A DNA stretch of 64,000 bases from Eledone cirrhosa (GCA_964016885.1 OZ024740.1:326492001-326556000), one strand, 5' to 3'. Counted from the stretch's first letter, positions 47,067 through 62,500 are shown. Numbers and translations: made by a program. The notes: a model not told the origin generated them from the sequence alone.

Positions 47067-48888
47067 TGGTATTTTTTTGTACTATAGGGGATAAAACCAT
47101 ACATTTTGAAGGAGGGCTTAATATCAACCCCTATACTTGACTGCTACGTATTTTATTGACCTTACAATGATAAAAGGCTAAGTTGACCTCAGCAGGATCT
47201 GAACGAAGGATGTAAGGAGCTGTAACTAAATACTGCATGTATTTTGTGTGATGCCCTAATGTATTTACATATCTCCTGTCACTCTTGAAGCTTATTCAAA
47301 AATATTACTCCTTATATGCATACACACACTCATACACACAGACCAGACACAGACACATACAGACACACACATATATATCATTATCATCATCACCATTTAA
47401 TGTCTATTTTCCATGCTTGTATGAGTAAGATGGTTGTCTTGTTTGTGGCCTGACTGGTCAGGTGACCACATCTTACTTGTACATTGTTTTTTGGGTTGGT
47501 TTCTATGGCTGGATGCCCTATCTAAAGCCAACCACTTTACAGCACGTACTAGGTGCTTTTCATCATGGCACCAACACTACCGCTTTCCAGGGTTGACTGG
47601 GTGCATTTTATCATGGCACCAACACTACCTCTTTATAGAGAGGGCTGGGTGCATTTTATCATGGCATCAGCACTATCTCATTACAACCCTATGGTGCCTG
47701 GTGTGTCTTTGTCCTGGCTAGGAAGGCTTTGATGGGAGTAGGATGGTGTAAACATGAGAGATGTAGGCTATTTGCTGCTTGCCAGGTTTGGGTAGGGGGT
47801 GTTGGAGACATCTCACTGTGGAGAGGAAGTGCTAGGTCATAGGGATAGCCTTGTTGTATCTGACATGTTATAGGATTTCTTGGTCTGGGTTGGATGGGAA
47901 AGGTGAGTTAGGGATGTGAGTGTGAAGTGGGAACATGGGTTGAGCAGAGTAAGGTGAATCAGAAGGTTTGCCCTAGGTTTCCATGCTGGCATGGGTTTCA
48001 GGGTGATGATTACTCCTTTGTCCAACTCATGCCAGCATTATAAAATGGCTGTACCTCTACTGTATTGAAAAGTGGATAGTGCTGGTGCCACAATAAAATG
48101 CATTCAGCCCACACTGGAAAGTGCAAGTGGTGGTGTTATGATAAAATCTACACAGCCTGCATTATAAAATGGTAGTGCTAGTGCCATGATAAAAATCACT
48201 GTTTACCCTATTAGATGGTAGTGATGGTGCCACAATAAAATGTACCTGGTACATACAGTGAAGTGACTAGCAGTAGGGAGACATCCAACTAGAGAAACTG
48301 TACCAAAATGGAACATGAGTGAGATGCTATCATCCGACCTGTCTAGCTTATGCAAGCATGAAAAATAAATGTAAAACACTGATGATGATAATATATATCA
48401 TCATCATCATTTTTGTGTCTGCTTTTCTATGCTTGCATGGGTTGGACAGGCCCTTTTCAGCATGGCATCTCTCCACACATCGCGATCCTTTATCATCTCC
48501 TCTGTCAGCTCTCACAACTTCTGCCCAAGGCTTTCTTAGTCTACCTCTAATGCACCTTCCTTCCACTAGCGTTTCTTGGCACTTCTTCACCCAACAATCA
48601 TTATCCATGCACATCACATGTCCAAACCAATGTAGTCTTTTCTCTTACACACCACCTTGTATTCCTCTTAAACCCAGCTTCTCCCTCAACTCATCCAAAT
48701 TCTGTCTTTCTCTCACACTTACATTACACATCCAAGACACAGTTATCTGATTTGACTTGTCTCAATGGGAAAACTCATCTAACCCATGCTAGCATGGAAA
48801 AAGGACAATAAACAGTGATGATAATGATGTCTGTCCACTTGTGCAGGAGGAAGTCCATCATTAAGTATTAAAGAGAATTATTTTGTCT

Positions 48889-49121
48889 TTAACTCTTTAG
48901 CATTTACATTATTCTATATTTATTTACTATTGTATTTTCATGGCAAAGGCTTTATCTCACACAATTATCTCACATAATATCGAATCTATGAGATTTTGAT
49001 ATTATTTATTTTGAGAAGAATACCTTAATATTGGTATGAGTGGCCAGTCATGGCCGGTTTGAACAGAAAGAGATGAGAGAATTCTGGTCGGATATGGCCG
49101 GTTTAAATGCTAAAGAGTTAA
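48889..49121. mobile_element. piggyBac-like MITE (inverted relative to 46867)
   Basis: TTAA-CTCTTTAGCATTTA ... TAAATGCTAAAGAG-TTAA. Confidence 0.87.
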
Positions 49122-49359
49122 GCCCACCAGACTCCTACATTTCTTCTGATATTTTGATGTATGGTAGAGATGTATTTTGAGGTATAGATTTGCAGGCCTT
49201 CCCACACCAACTGCACGTTATGTAATCTAATCATAGTGAACTTACTGTTGTCAAATTTTTATCTGGCTTTATGAATTTGTTGGTGACTAAACAGGTCAGC
49301 TTTAGAAAGACATATGACCACAAAAACTGCAGATTAAGTTTCCCTTATCTATGCATATA

Positions 49360-49440
49360 TACAGGGTGTCTCCACAAAATGGATACACACTTTGATTACC
49401 TGTACAGGCAAAAGTGTATACATATTTTGTGACACCCTGT
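49360..49440. mobile_element. ~80-bp Tc1/mariner-type MITE
   Basis: TA-CAGGGTGTC ... GACACCCTG; near-palindromic. Confidence 0.7.
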
Positions 49441-49444
49441 GTGT

Positions 49445-49875
49445 ATCATCATCCTCGTTTAACGTCCACTTTCCACGCTAGCATGGGTTAGACGGGAGTT
49501 GTCCCACTTGAGGCAAGGTTGGTCGGGTGACTGTATCGCTCATATAGGACTATCTGGCAGGTTTCCTACGGCTGTATGCCCTTCCTAACACCAACCACAT
49601 TTACAGTGTGGAACTGGGAACTTTTTACCTTGCCACCTACACGGCCACATTACAGCGTGGACTGTGTGTTTTTTTTATCGTGACACCTACACGATCTCGA
49701 TCTCGATCATCTCATTTATTTGGACTGGATGTTGTACCAACTTTATAGAGAGGGGGTGGTGTTGGTGGGAGTGGGAAGATAGGGTAGGGGTAGTGGATTG
49801 GGGTGTATATTTGGTTAAGAGGTGCCTACTGACTGTAGGTTTCGCTTTGTACATAGGCAAGGCGGGTCTTCTGTA
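49445..49875 (-). mobile_element. RTE 3'UTR insertion including the last codons of the ORF
   Basis: Full long UTR; the 5' end abuts (TA)n. Confidence 0.88.
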
Positions 49876-50431
49876 TATATATATATATAAAAGCTTTTTG
49901 TGATAAACAGTAAGAGTTGTCTCTCTTACAAAATAATCATTGCTATAAATTTTATTTTCGTTTTAAAAACAAAACAAAACAAAACAAAAACTAATTGATA
50001 AATTACATTAAATTAATTTCCATTTAAGAATGTTTAAGGTAATCTAACCAAAACACATTTGTTCAAACCTTGTAAAGGTATGTTTGTGTTCTTGTAGACG
50101 TAACTTTTACAAACAGACTTTGCTGATTAAAAGGAAAAAACATTGCTGCTGCTGAATGGTTAGTATTAGTGTAAAAGGAGATAAATGAGCCAACAAAACA
50201 ACCTTTATGTAGTTGCAAGACTTGCTAGAATTGGCCATCATCACAAACACCAACAACTACATATTCATCACTACTAGTAACAACGCCGTTACTATTGCCA
50301 ACACCATTACAACCATGAGCCAATGCGGGACCTTCTATGTGGTTGTAGAAATAGCAGAGAAATCACCCTCAAATGACAATGTGCTGTCTTAAAATAGCAA
50401 GGTCACAGTAGATATTGTCCTTGATATACTA

Positions 50432-50640
50432 TATCTTAAAGATAGATTTCTTTATTAGCCACAAGGGCGCAACAAGAAAAGGGGACAATACAAAGACATG
50501 CCGGGGATTTTGCATACAGTCGTGTAAAAAATATAAAAACAAACAATTTCAACAATCGAAATCCCCAATAGGGGGGAGGCGCCACAAATGGGTTGTTTAA
50601 TACCCCGTCGATAGAACAACCCTCAACTCCAGGAGTGTGT
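50432..50640 (-). mobile_element. Possible L1/Tx1-like LINE 3' end
   Basis: Minus-strand T-rich UTR ending AATAAAGAAATCTAT. Confidence 0.35.
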
Positions 50641-51416
50641 TGTGCAAGTGCTCCTTTCTTCCTTTTGCTCTCTTCCTCAACCTACAGGCTTATAAACAGA
50701 GAAGGCCCAATAAGATAGGAAGGTCATAAGAGTTGTCACAGGATTAAATAGATAACAAAAAAAAAATAAATGGACTTAAATCTTCAGGTAGTCCAGACTT
50801 AAATAAATTTAACAACATATTATTACCATCTTGATGTTAACTTATTATTATGTTAAATGGCCGTATTACTATTACATATTATATTTAATGCCGGAATTAG
50901 CTCAATCTAACTTTTCGCAATAGCATCTTCGCACCCCTCCCACCAATCCTCTGTTCACCGCCCCCTGGCTCGCTGTTTGGCTGACATGACTTTCCACCCT
51001 TCCCCTCATCATGACAAAGGATTGTGATGTGTGGAGAGATGCGGTGCTGAGAAGGACTCGTCCAACCCATGCAAGAGTGGAAAAGCAGATGCAAAAATGA
51101 TGATGGTATTAAATTGTTAGAACATATTTTCCAATTTGAGAATTTCCTCCTCTCGAGCTAGTGTGAACTGTTAGATCAGGTTGGAATATTGAAATACTTT
51201 ATTTCTATATTTCTACAAGGGTGAAGGAGGATCATCATAATCATTAATAACAGATAAAGTCTCCTGACATTTGAACATTATTCTATGTACTATACATGCA
51301 CCTTTGATGAGTTGTAGTGCACCTGACTAATGTACACAATAATTTCATTATTATTATTATTATTATTATTATAAATGAGCTAAGAGAAGTAACTCGACTT
51401 TTGGAAATTAATATAT

Positions 51417-51863
51417 AACTAGACCTGAAAAATGCGCAAGCTCAAAAGAGCCACAGAATGTTATATAATAAACCTTCAAAAGTGTGGGACTAGAGTTGTT
51501 GCTAAAAAATATTGTAATCATTATCTATCGTACACTCTGTGGCATCTCTTTTATAAAAAAGAGACTCATAACGAACTCAAGACGACACAATAATTATTTA
51601 AGCTAATGTTCAATATCTCATATTAGATGTTTAGTAATGATTAATACGAAAGGCACTTAAACCGAATTCTATATTATAAATTCACTTAAATAATTATTGT
51701 GTCGTCTTGAGTTCGTTATGGGTCTCTTTTTAGGATGTCACAGAGTGTACGATAGATAATGATTACAATATTTTTGAGCAACAACTCTAGTCCCACACTT
51801 TTGAAGGTTTATTATATAACATTCTGTGGCTCTTTTGAGCTTGTGCATTTTTCAGGTCTAGTT
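51417..51863. repeat. Long inverted repeat (~185-bp arms, ~82-nt spacer)
   Basis: 51417-51602 is the near-exact reverse complement of 51685-51863. Confidence 0.93.
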
Positions 51864-51956
51864 TAATATTTTTTTAAGGCAACGCTTGTAATAACTCTAG
51901 TTAAACATGATATATATTAATAATGTAATAACTCTAGTTAAACATGATATATATTA

Positions 51957-52147
51957 ATAATTGTTTCTACTTTAGGCACAAGGCCAGCAATTACCCAGTG
52001 CATTACTGGTACTTTATTTTATCGACCCCGTAAGGATGAAATGCAAAGTCAACCTCGGCGGGATTTGAACTCAGATCGTAAAGGGACGTAACTATGCTGG
52101 AAAGCATGGCTTCCGACCCTCTACCGATACTGACAATCCACCGCCCT
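51957..52147 (-). mobile_element. tRNA-derived SINE, same family
   Basis: Full reverse-complement copy. Confidence 0.87.
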
Positions 52148-53504
52148 AGATATATTATAATAAATTATCGTTGTAATGTAATTAGATTATATAATTGTTA
52201 TTTTATAAATGATCTTATAAATATTATTGTAAGATGTTTAAAAATATTTTCAAACTTTTAATATAAACAACTACAAAAAACAATCAATATTAAATAAATA
52301 TATTTTACATAATAATTGTTATAGTTGAATTAATAAAAATTAAATATTACATACAAATAGCCTGACATAATAATAATAAAATAATCTAACATAAAACGAA
52401 CAATAATATGGACAAATATACAAGTAAATATGATACAGCCAATATTATAAGCATGTTATAACGAACTGAAAAAAAAAAGTTAATATAAATCTAAAAAATC
52501 ATATATAAATTAACAATATAACTTACGAAAACGAGAAAAATATTTTGATGATAAACGACGTCAATACAGGAGGAAGATTCAAAAGCGAAACGATAAATAA
52601 ACGTGCAAACAAAGTGGCAGATGCTTTTGAGCAACAATTACTCTCATTGGTTGATTAGCCAATAAGACGATACAATACAAAAGATGTTTGGCAGGGATCA
52701 CCACGGCCAGCGAAACCCCTTGAATTTTTTATTCACAAGATACGCATATATGTCAGAACACGCAGGCTTAAAACATTCTGTTGTTAGTCACTGCATGTCT
52801 AACAGATTTCTTGAAATTATTTCCCCTTTTCATTGAGAGTTGCTAACAATTGCTGTAAAGCTTTTGTTTTCTTTCTCCAATTGAGTTAAATTTGAATTAA
52901 TTAGGAATTTTTTGCATACAGTATTAGGTTCATCATCCTTTGACTTGAAAATATCTTGCAGTATTTAGCTATGTCTCATTATAGTCTAAGTTTAAATCTT
53001 ACCATGCTAAACTTTGCTAAACTTTGCTATTCATCATTGCGAGTTCAATATACTAATTTCTAATAAAATACTGAACTGTAGCCTCTCTTACAAATTGGCC
53101 TTGTGTCAACTGTTTATAAATCATTATTTCTGATGAAATAAAGTACCAGTAATACACTGGAATAATTGCTGGCCTTGTGCCAAAAGTAGAAACAATTATT
53201 TCTACAATAGTAATTTAACTGCTTCTTAACAATATATGATACAATATCTAAATGTCTGCCGTACTTATTAGGGTGCCCAGGCAGATACAACAGAAATATA
53301 ACAGACCCTAGGTTGAGTGTGGGGAATGTATGTAAGCAAGATGTGCCCCTCCCACCCCTATCCCCAGTCTATCTGAGAGATCAGTAGCTCAGCTTGAGTA
53401 CTGACTTGGTCTGTGATGATTTGTTCAACCCTTGCTAGCAGGGAGAATGGATGTTAAATGATAATCATGAACCTAGGGTCTGTTACCTTCATTAAAATGA
53501 CGAT

Positions 53505-54425
53505 GATGATCATCATGATTTTAAGTCTCTTTATTTTGCATGCTGGCATGAGTTGGATGGGTTTTTTTTTTTTTAGCATTTCAGCTCAGTGTCGCACCAC
53601 TTGTTGAAGTCTACTGTCATCATCTTTGTGAGATTTAGTATCTTGAGATCAGATATCACAACCTTTTCCTACATCCTCCCCTGTCTCTCTACTATTCAGG
53701 TCCCCACTTGGATTGGTTTTCACTTCTTCCCCTAATCTTTTATACATATCACATGCTTGTACCAGGACAATATTTTGTCTTGCACACTTTAGCTATTCCT
53801 CCTGGTGCCCATTTCTTTCTCTTGGCTCATCTGTGCTTTGTTATTCATGCATACTGACATTATATACCCAGCTCAGTATACTTACGTCATTTCTTTCTTG
53901 CCTATACATATTCTCCACATTCAGCACCCATTCATCACTACTATGCAATGTTGTATTTCATACACAAGCAACATTCAGTCTACCTTGTATTTATGTTATT
54001 AACAGAGGTAGCAATTACCTGAACTTTCCCTACTGTGTTCTTACTCCGGCTACTATACTTTTGCAATACCCACCTCCATGGCTGATTGGGTCGCCAAGGT
54101 AACAGAAGTTACTAACTACTTTCAGGAAGCCTTTTGAGCTGTTGAAAGATTTCATTTCATGAATGTTCTTACTGCTAAGTACTTTTATGCACCTATTACA
54201 TATGAAATCTTTCTCTGTTAGCATATCTGAGACTCCATTGCATTTTTTGTGCAACCATAGTTTATATTAGGTACATACTATAGAATTCCCATTTACTGCT
54301 TTTTTGCATATCAAGAACAGTTACTTACCAGATGGTAATAAAATTCTCTATTATTTCCTGCTAACTAAAACTTTTATCTTTGCTAGGTTAACTTTTAGGC
54401 TCTGCTTCCTTATTTGGAACTTTTT
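53505..54425 (-). mobile_element. Heavily decayed RTE LINE fragment
   Basis: HKKC...FICNRC...FCYLGDPISHGGG remnants. Confidence 0.8.
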
Positions 54426-54853
54426 TTTCGAAAAGCTTGGCTGATTCAACTAGGTATATGTTTATGAATCAGCAAACTGACAAGAGAACATAACTTACCA
54501 AATACAAATGAAAAGAGATGTATTTTAAATGTTTGGGGGGTTGAAGATCAAGATAGTTAAATAAGGATTTCATTTCATGCAACTGCAACATATTTTTCAA
54601 GTAATAACCTGACACATATGCAAAAAGGTGAAAATCAGCCTGAGGTGTGCATCAAAGTGAGATTTATACTACAATTCAAACCTTGTTGTTAATTAAAGAA
54701 AAACTCTATACAAAAATATTTGGCTTCTATTTAAGATCAAACTGCTTTAATTTCTTTTTTTTTTTATCTTTTGAATTGGTTTGAACTGATAATTCTTCAT
54801 GTGGCCATTGCAGTGTATTCTTTTCTCAAAACATTAATTCAATTATATTTCAG

Positions 54854-54994
54854 TTGCAGAAACGACAACATTTTGTTGAAAATTCCAATATGTTTTCACT
54901 ACAAGACCTCATAGATGCTGATTCTCAAATATTACTGCCTGAATTAACAGATATTGTAAATAGTTTTTTGAAACATATAAAGAAAGTCTGTCAG
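54854..54994 (+). CDS. DEF8: DEF8 coding exon 11
   Basis: tttcAG/GTAAGG. LQKRQHFVENSNMFSLQDL...KHIKKVCQ. Confidence 0.94.
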
Positions 54995-55518
54995 GTAAGG
55001 ATATTTATTGAATATAATGGTAGGAAAGTAAAACTCAGCTTTTAGCACCCTGTAAGGTACATTATTCAGTTAGCCATGGTTTCTTATGCTGTGGTTTCTT
55101 CAAAAATTTCTGAAAAATTTCTAGAACCATCCATTCTATGTTAACCTAGGACAATAGATTCAAAAGTTTATTTAAAGAAACCCGAAATGACTTTGTATAG
55201 TGTTATTTAACTCTTAACATACTGTAACGATTTAGAAAATATTTAAAAATGGGTTTATTTATTCAAATGTTTATAGTATCTTTACTAGTAGCGATATCTT
55301 TGTAATTGTTTGCAGTGAACTAAAGTGGAAACTTCAATTTTTAATGTGATCCAGCCATAGTGTCGTTTTGTACTTTTCAAGAATTTCTTGCTAATGCAGT
55401 TTCATATACTACAGGACAGAGGCCAGCAATACAATTTCTCCTATAGTTCCCTTCTTTTATATATCATATGACACTGGCCTTTTCACTGAAGAATTACAGC
55501 AAATACCAAGTTATTATT

Positions 55519-55709
55519 GTTGGTGAATTGGCAGTGTCGGTAGAGGGTTGGATGCCATGCTTTCTAGCATAGTTACGTCCCTTTACAGTCTGAGTTCAAA
55601 TCCTGCCGAGGTTAACTTTGCCTTTCATCCTTACGAGGGTCGATAAAATAAAGTACCAGTAATGTACTGGGTAATTGCTGGCCTTGTGCCTAAAGTAGAA
55701 ACAATTATT
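55519..55709 (+). mobile_element. tRNA-derived SINE, same family
   Basis: A/B boxes, central domain, tail. Confidence 0.87.
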
Positions 55710-56517
55710 GTTGCTTACTTCTGGTATGAAAATCGTGTAGAAAAGTTGTTTATAGCTAACTGATAAACAGTCTAATTAGAAGCTTTCTTATGAGTCATCC
55801 TATCTCAGCATGTTTTGGTAATTCTCTCTTTGACCACTTCTTATAAACTCAGCACTATTGCTGGCATCACTCAACTTTATAAGCCGACTTCTTTTGCACA
55901 TTGTCTATTCTAAAATAATGACACTACACATCACCTCTTTCTAATTTTGTGCAATCAAATCATGTTAAATACAACCTCAAGATATTACTTTGGCCCTACC
56001 TTCCCAGCTTTAACCCTTTAGCATTTATATTACTCTATATTTACTATTGTATTTATCTCACATAATATTGAATATATGAGATTTATTATTTGGTTAGAAG
56101 AAACCAGCTGTAATGTGTTTTTCTGGTGGACATAAAGTTAATGTTTGTTTACTTTTTTTTGATCAGTCATGATTGAGTTCCAGCCATGATCATCTTGTCT
56201 TTCTGAGAGGCAGTGTATATCTAGGATTGTGTTATCCAATGTCTCAATGACTCCCTCCAAGAAAGTAGGTTGTAATGTGAGGTGATTTGACTACTATTTC
56301 TAATAGGTTGAGTGGTCATGTTGAGGTCACCTTTATTGGTTAAATTAATACTAGTTAAAATTCAGATATGGAATTAGTTCTTTGAGAATTTAGTGCCTTA
56401 TAGTTTATAACTTGTTTCATGCATATGGGAAATGGGGAATTATTGGAAATGTTTTGTAAGGATTCTGATCAAAATTGAATCTCAAGACTAACTCTAAATT
56501 TGTTCTATGAATTTCAG

Positions 56518-56627
56518 TTATGTCGTGCAAAAGGATACACCTGCGAAATCTGTCACAGTAGTGAGGTTCTCTTCCCTTTTGATTTATATACTAAATCTTG
56601 TGAAACTTGTTCTCAAGTCTTCCACAG
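56518..56627 (+). CDS. DEF8: DEF8 coding exon 12
   Basis: tttcAG/GTGAGT. CRAKGYTCEICHSSEVLFPFD...CETCSQVFH. Confidence 0.95.
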
Positions 56628-57592
56628 GTGAGTTTTATTGTTGTGATGACACCAGCATTGGTTACTTTCTGAAATAATATCTGGTTTAATAATTGTTTCT
56701 ACTTTTGGCACAAGGCCAGCAATTAACCTAGTGCATGACTGGTGTTTTATTTTATCGACCATGTAAGCTTGTTAGAAGAGGATATTATTGATTGCTGTGT
56801 GTGTGAGTGAGTTGCTGTGTTAAAGACATGAAACATCACTAATGTTGGTGACTTAAATGATAAATGCACTTAGTGCATTCTATAAAGTGGTTGGTGATAG
56901 GAAGGGCATCCAGTTGTAGAAAACCTGCCAAACAAAGGGTTGGAAGGTCTCTGCAGCTGTGTCAAAGACATAACATTTTTAGTGTTGGTGACACATTCCC
57001 ACTGAGTTAACTTTTTAGTATGTAAGTATGTAAGTGTGGGTTGGGTGCTTTTTGTCGTGACTCCTACACGACCACTTTACAGTGTGTGCTGGGTGCTTTT
57101 TGACATGATACCTACAAAACCACTTTAGTCTATTTATTTTTCACAATTCTCCAAAAGTTCTGCTCCATCGATCTCATTCCTGCCTTTCTCTTCTCTTCTC
57201 TTTTCTCTATACGCCTCATTTCTTATCTCATGCTTTTGGCTCTCTTCCTTTCTCTCCCTCTCTCCATTCCGCCACTCAATATGAGTGGAGGAACCCAACT
57301 TTTTGCTATACATACAGTAATCAGCTGTTTACAGCTACCCACCATGCTGAGATTCCTACAATTTTATGACAAAAATGACATATATATATACATGTACACA
57401 CATTTGATAGGTTTTGGCACAATTTTCATTTACACAAACTTTGGTCAACTTGAGTTTGTGGCACAAGATAATTGCTGAAGGTGCTATGTGGCAATAATGA
57501 ACCCATAACAGCATGGTTGTGAAGTGACTTATCCATACAGCCATGCAAAAATTTTATGTATTTTTATGATATATTTTTGTTTGTTTTGTTTT

Positions 57593-58090
57593 AAGTATTT
57601 GGTTAATATAAAGTATTTGGTTAATATAAAGTATTTGGTTAATATAAAGTATTTGGTTAATATAAAGTATTTAGTTAATATAGAGTATTTAGTTAATATA
57701 GAGTATTTAGTTAATATAGAGTATTTAGTTAATATAGAGTATTTAGTTAATATAAAGTATTTAGTTGATATAAAGTATTTAGTTGATATAAAGTATTTAG
57801 TTGATATAAAGTATTTAGTTGATATAAAGTATTTAGTTGATATAAAGTATTTAGTTGATATAGAGTATTTAGTTGATATAAAGTATTTAGTTGATATAAA
57901 GTATTTAGTTGATATAAAGTATTTAGTTGATATAAAGTATTTAGTTGATATAAAGTATTTAGTTGATATAAAGTATTTAGTTGATGTGGAGTATTTAGTT
58001 GATATAAAGTATTTAGTTGATATAAAGTATTTAGTTGATGTGGAGTATTTAGTTGATATCAAAAATGTAGTTGATGTAGAGTATTTATTT
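57593..58090. repeat. 18-bp minisatellite (aagtatttagttgatata)n
   Basis: About 27 units with blockwise variants. Confidence 0.95.
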
Positions 58091-58204
58091 AGTTCATATA
58101 AAAAATTTAGTTAATATATAAAAAAAAATCAAAATGGGAAACAAAATCCAATGTTTTATTGTTAAACAGCAAAATAATCTTTAAACTTTCTGTTTTGTTT
58201 TCAG

Positions 58205-58274
58205 GAAATGTTTCACAAAAGTTGAAAGTTGTCCACGGTGTGAACGCAGAGCTCGGCGACGTTCGTTGACTTAA
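58205..58274 (+). CDS. DEF8: DEF8 last coding exon (KCFTKVESCPRCERRARRRSLT*)
   Basis: ttttcAG acceptor, phase 2 consistent, terminal CPRC motif, TAA at 58272-58274. Confidence 0.93.
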
Positions 58275-58519
58275 TGCAGATCTGCTATTAAATATTGCAA
58301 TGAATTTCTTCTCATGTGAATGTGTTACACATATACATGAAACATACACAAGCACTCCCTCCTACACATATGCACACACAAAAGCGTATATATATATATA
58401 GATGTATGTATATATAAAATGTGTGTATGTGCATTTGTAAGTATACAGGGTACATTAATGATATATCATATATATATAAAATGTGTGTGTGCATTTATAT
58501 GTAGACAGGGTATATTAAT

Positions 58520-58755
58520 ATAGTATATTTTATATATATATGTATATATGTATGTAGTATATATATATATATGTATATATGTATGTAGTATATATATATG
58601 TATATATGTATGTAGTATATATATATATATATATATGTGTAGTATATATATATATGTATGTAGTATATATATATATGTATGTAGTATATATATATATATA
58701 TATATGTATGTAGTATATATATATATATGTATGTAGTATATATATATATGTATGT

Positions 58756-58789
<34 letters not shown>

Positions 58790-58861
58790 GTATATATATA
58801 TATGTATGTAGTATATATATGTATGTAGTATATATATATATATATATATATGTATGTAGTG

Positions 58862-58893
<32 letters not shown>

Positions 58894-58910
58894 GTATATA
58901 TATGTATGTA

Positions 58911-58949
<39 letters not shown>

Positions 58950-58952
58950 GTG

Positions 58953-58986
<34 letters not shown>

Positions 58987-59002
58987 GTATATATATGTAT
59001 GT

Positions 59003-59036
<34 letters not shown>

Positions 59037-59037
59037 G

Positions 59038-59071
<34 letters not shown>

Positions 59072-59278
59072 GTATATATATATATATATATATATGTATG
59101 TAGTATATATATATATATATATGTATGTAGTATATATATATATATATATATGTATGTAGTATATATATATATATATATATATGTATGTAGTATATATATA
59201 TATATGTATGTAGTATATATATATATATGTATATATATATGTATGTAGTATATATATATGTATATATATATGTATGTA

Positions 59279-59321
<43 letters not shown>

Positions 59322-60075
59322 GTATATATATATATATATGTATATGTATGTAGTATATATATATATATGTATATGTATGTAGTATATATATATGTATATG
59401 TATGTAGTATATATATATGTATATGTATGTAGTATATATATATGTATATGTATGTAGTATATATATATGTATATGTATGTAGTATATATATATATATGTA
59501 TATGTATGTAGTATATATATATATGTATATGTATGTAGTATATATATATATATATATATATGTATATGTATGTAGTATATATATATATATATGTATATGT
59601 ATATGTAGTATATATATATATATGTATATGTAGTATATATATATATATATGTATATGTAGTATATATATATATATGTATATGTAGTATATATATATATAT
59701 ATGTATATGTAGTATATATATATATGTATATGTAGTATATATATATATGTATATGTAGTATATATATATATGTATATGTAGTATATATATATATGTATAT
59801 GTAGTATATATATATATATATATGTATATGTAGTATATATATATATATATATATATGTATATGTAGTATATATATATATATATATATGTATATGTAGTAT
59901 ATATATATATATATATGTATATGTATATGTAGTATATATATATATATATATGTATATGTAGTATATATATATATATATATATGTATATGTAGTATATATA
60001 TATATATGTATATGTAGTATATATATATATATGTATGTAGTATATATATATATATATATGTATATGTATGTAGTA

Positions 60076-60109
<34 letters not shown>

Positions 60110-60273
60110 GTATATATATATGTATATATATATGTATGTAGTATATATATATATGTATATATATATGTATGTAGTATATATATATATGTATATATATATG
60201 TATGTAGTATATATATATATGTATATATATATGTATGTAGTATATATATATATGTATATATATATGTATGTAG

Positions 60274-60320
<47 letters not shown>

Positions 60321-60579
60321 GTATATATATATGTATATATATATGTATGTAGTATATATATATATGTAGTATATATATGTATGTAGTATATATATATATG
60401 TAGTATATATATATATGTAGTATATATATGTATGTAGTATATATATATATGTAGTATATATATGTATGTAGTATATATATATATATATGTAGTATATATA
60501 TGTATGTAGTATATATATATATGTAGTATATATATGTATGTAGTATATATATATGTATGTAGTATATATATATGTATGT

Positions 60580-60618
<39 letters not shown>

Positions 60619-60739
60619 GTATGTAGTATATATATATGTATATATATATGTATATATATATGTATGTAGTATATATATATATGTATATATATATATATGT
60701 ATATATATATGTATGTAGTATATATATATATGTATGTAG

Positions 60740-60772
<33 letters not shown>

Positions 60773-60780
60773 GTATGTAG

Positions 60781-60811
<31 letters not shown>

Positions 60812-60863
60812 GTAGTATATATGTATATATATATATATGTATGTAGTATATATATGTATGTAG

Positions 60864-60896
<33 letters not shown>

Positions 60897-61119
60897 GTAG
60901 TATATATATATATGTATATATATATATATGTATGTATGTAGTATATATATATATGTATATATATATGTATGTAGTATATATATGTATATATGTATGTAGT
61001 ATATATATATATGTATGTAGTATATATATGTATATATATGTATGTAGTATATATATATGTATATATATATATATGTATGTAGTATATATATATATGTATA
61101 TATATATATATGTATGTAG

Positions 61120-61150
<31 letters not shown>

Positions 61151-61608
61151 GTATGTAGTATATATATATATATGTATATATATGTAGTATATATATGTAT
61201 ATATGTATGTAGTATATATATGTATATATGTATGTAGTATATATATGTATATATGTATGTAGTATATATATGTATATATGTATGTAGTATATATATGTAT
61301 ATATGTATGTAGTATATATATGTATATATGTATGTAGTATATATATGTATATATGTATGTAGTATATATATGTATATATGTATGTAGTATATATATGTAT
61401 ATATGTATGTAGTATATATATGTATATATGTATGTAGTATATATATGTATATATGTATGTAGTATATATATGTATATATGTATGTAGTATATATATATAT
61501 ATGTATGTAGTATATATATATGTATGTAGTATATATATATGTATGTAGTATATATATATGTATGTAGTATATATATATATATATGTATGTAGTATATATA
61601 TGTTTATG

Positions 61609-61639
<31 letters not shown>

Positions 61640-62468
61640 TTGTTTATGTATATATATATGTATATATATTTGTTTATGTATATATATATATATATGTATA
61701 TATTTGTATATATATATGTATATATATGTATATATTTGTATATATTTGTATATATTTGTATATATTTGTATATGTATGTATATGTATATATTTGTGTATA
61801 TATATATATTTGTATATGTATATATTTGTATATATATATATATATATATGTATATGTATATATTTGTATATATATATATATATATATGTATATGTATATA
61901 TTTGTATATATATATATATATATATGTATATGTATATATTTGTGTGTATATATATATATATTTGTGTATGTATATATATATATGTATATATATGTATATA
62001 TTTGTATGTATATATATTTGTATATATATATATATATGTGTGTGTATGTGTATGTATATATATTTGTATATATATATATATGTGTGTGTGTATGTGTATG
62101 TATGTATATGTATATATATATATATATTTGTATATGTATATATATATATATATTTGTATATGTATATATATATATATATATATTTGTGTATGTATATGTA
62201 TATATATGTATATATATATGTATATATTTGTATATATATATGTATATATTTGTATGTATATATGTGTATATTTGTAGGTATATATATATGTATATATTTG
62301 TATATATATATATGTATGTATATGTATATATTTGTATATGTATATATTTGTATATATGTATATGTATATATATATATGTATATATTTGTATATATATTTG
62401 TATGTATATATGTATATATTTGTATGTATATATTTGTATATGTATATATATATATATGTATATATTTG

Positions 62469-62499
<31 letters not shown>

Positions 62500-62500
62500 T

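Noticed and set aside
57524-58114. 196-aa and 177-aa repetitive ORFs
   Set aside because: Artefacts of an 18-bp minisatellite in an intron.
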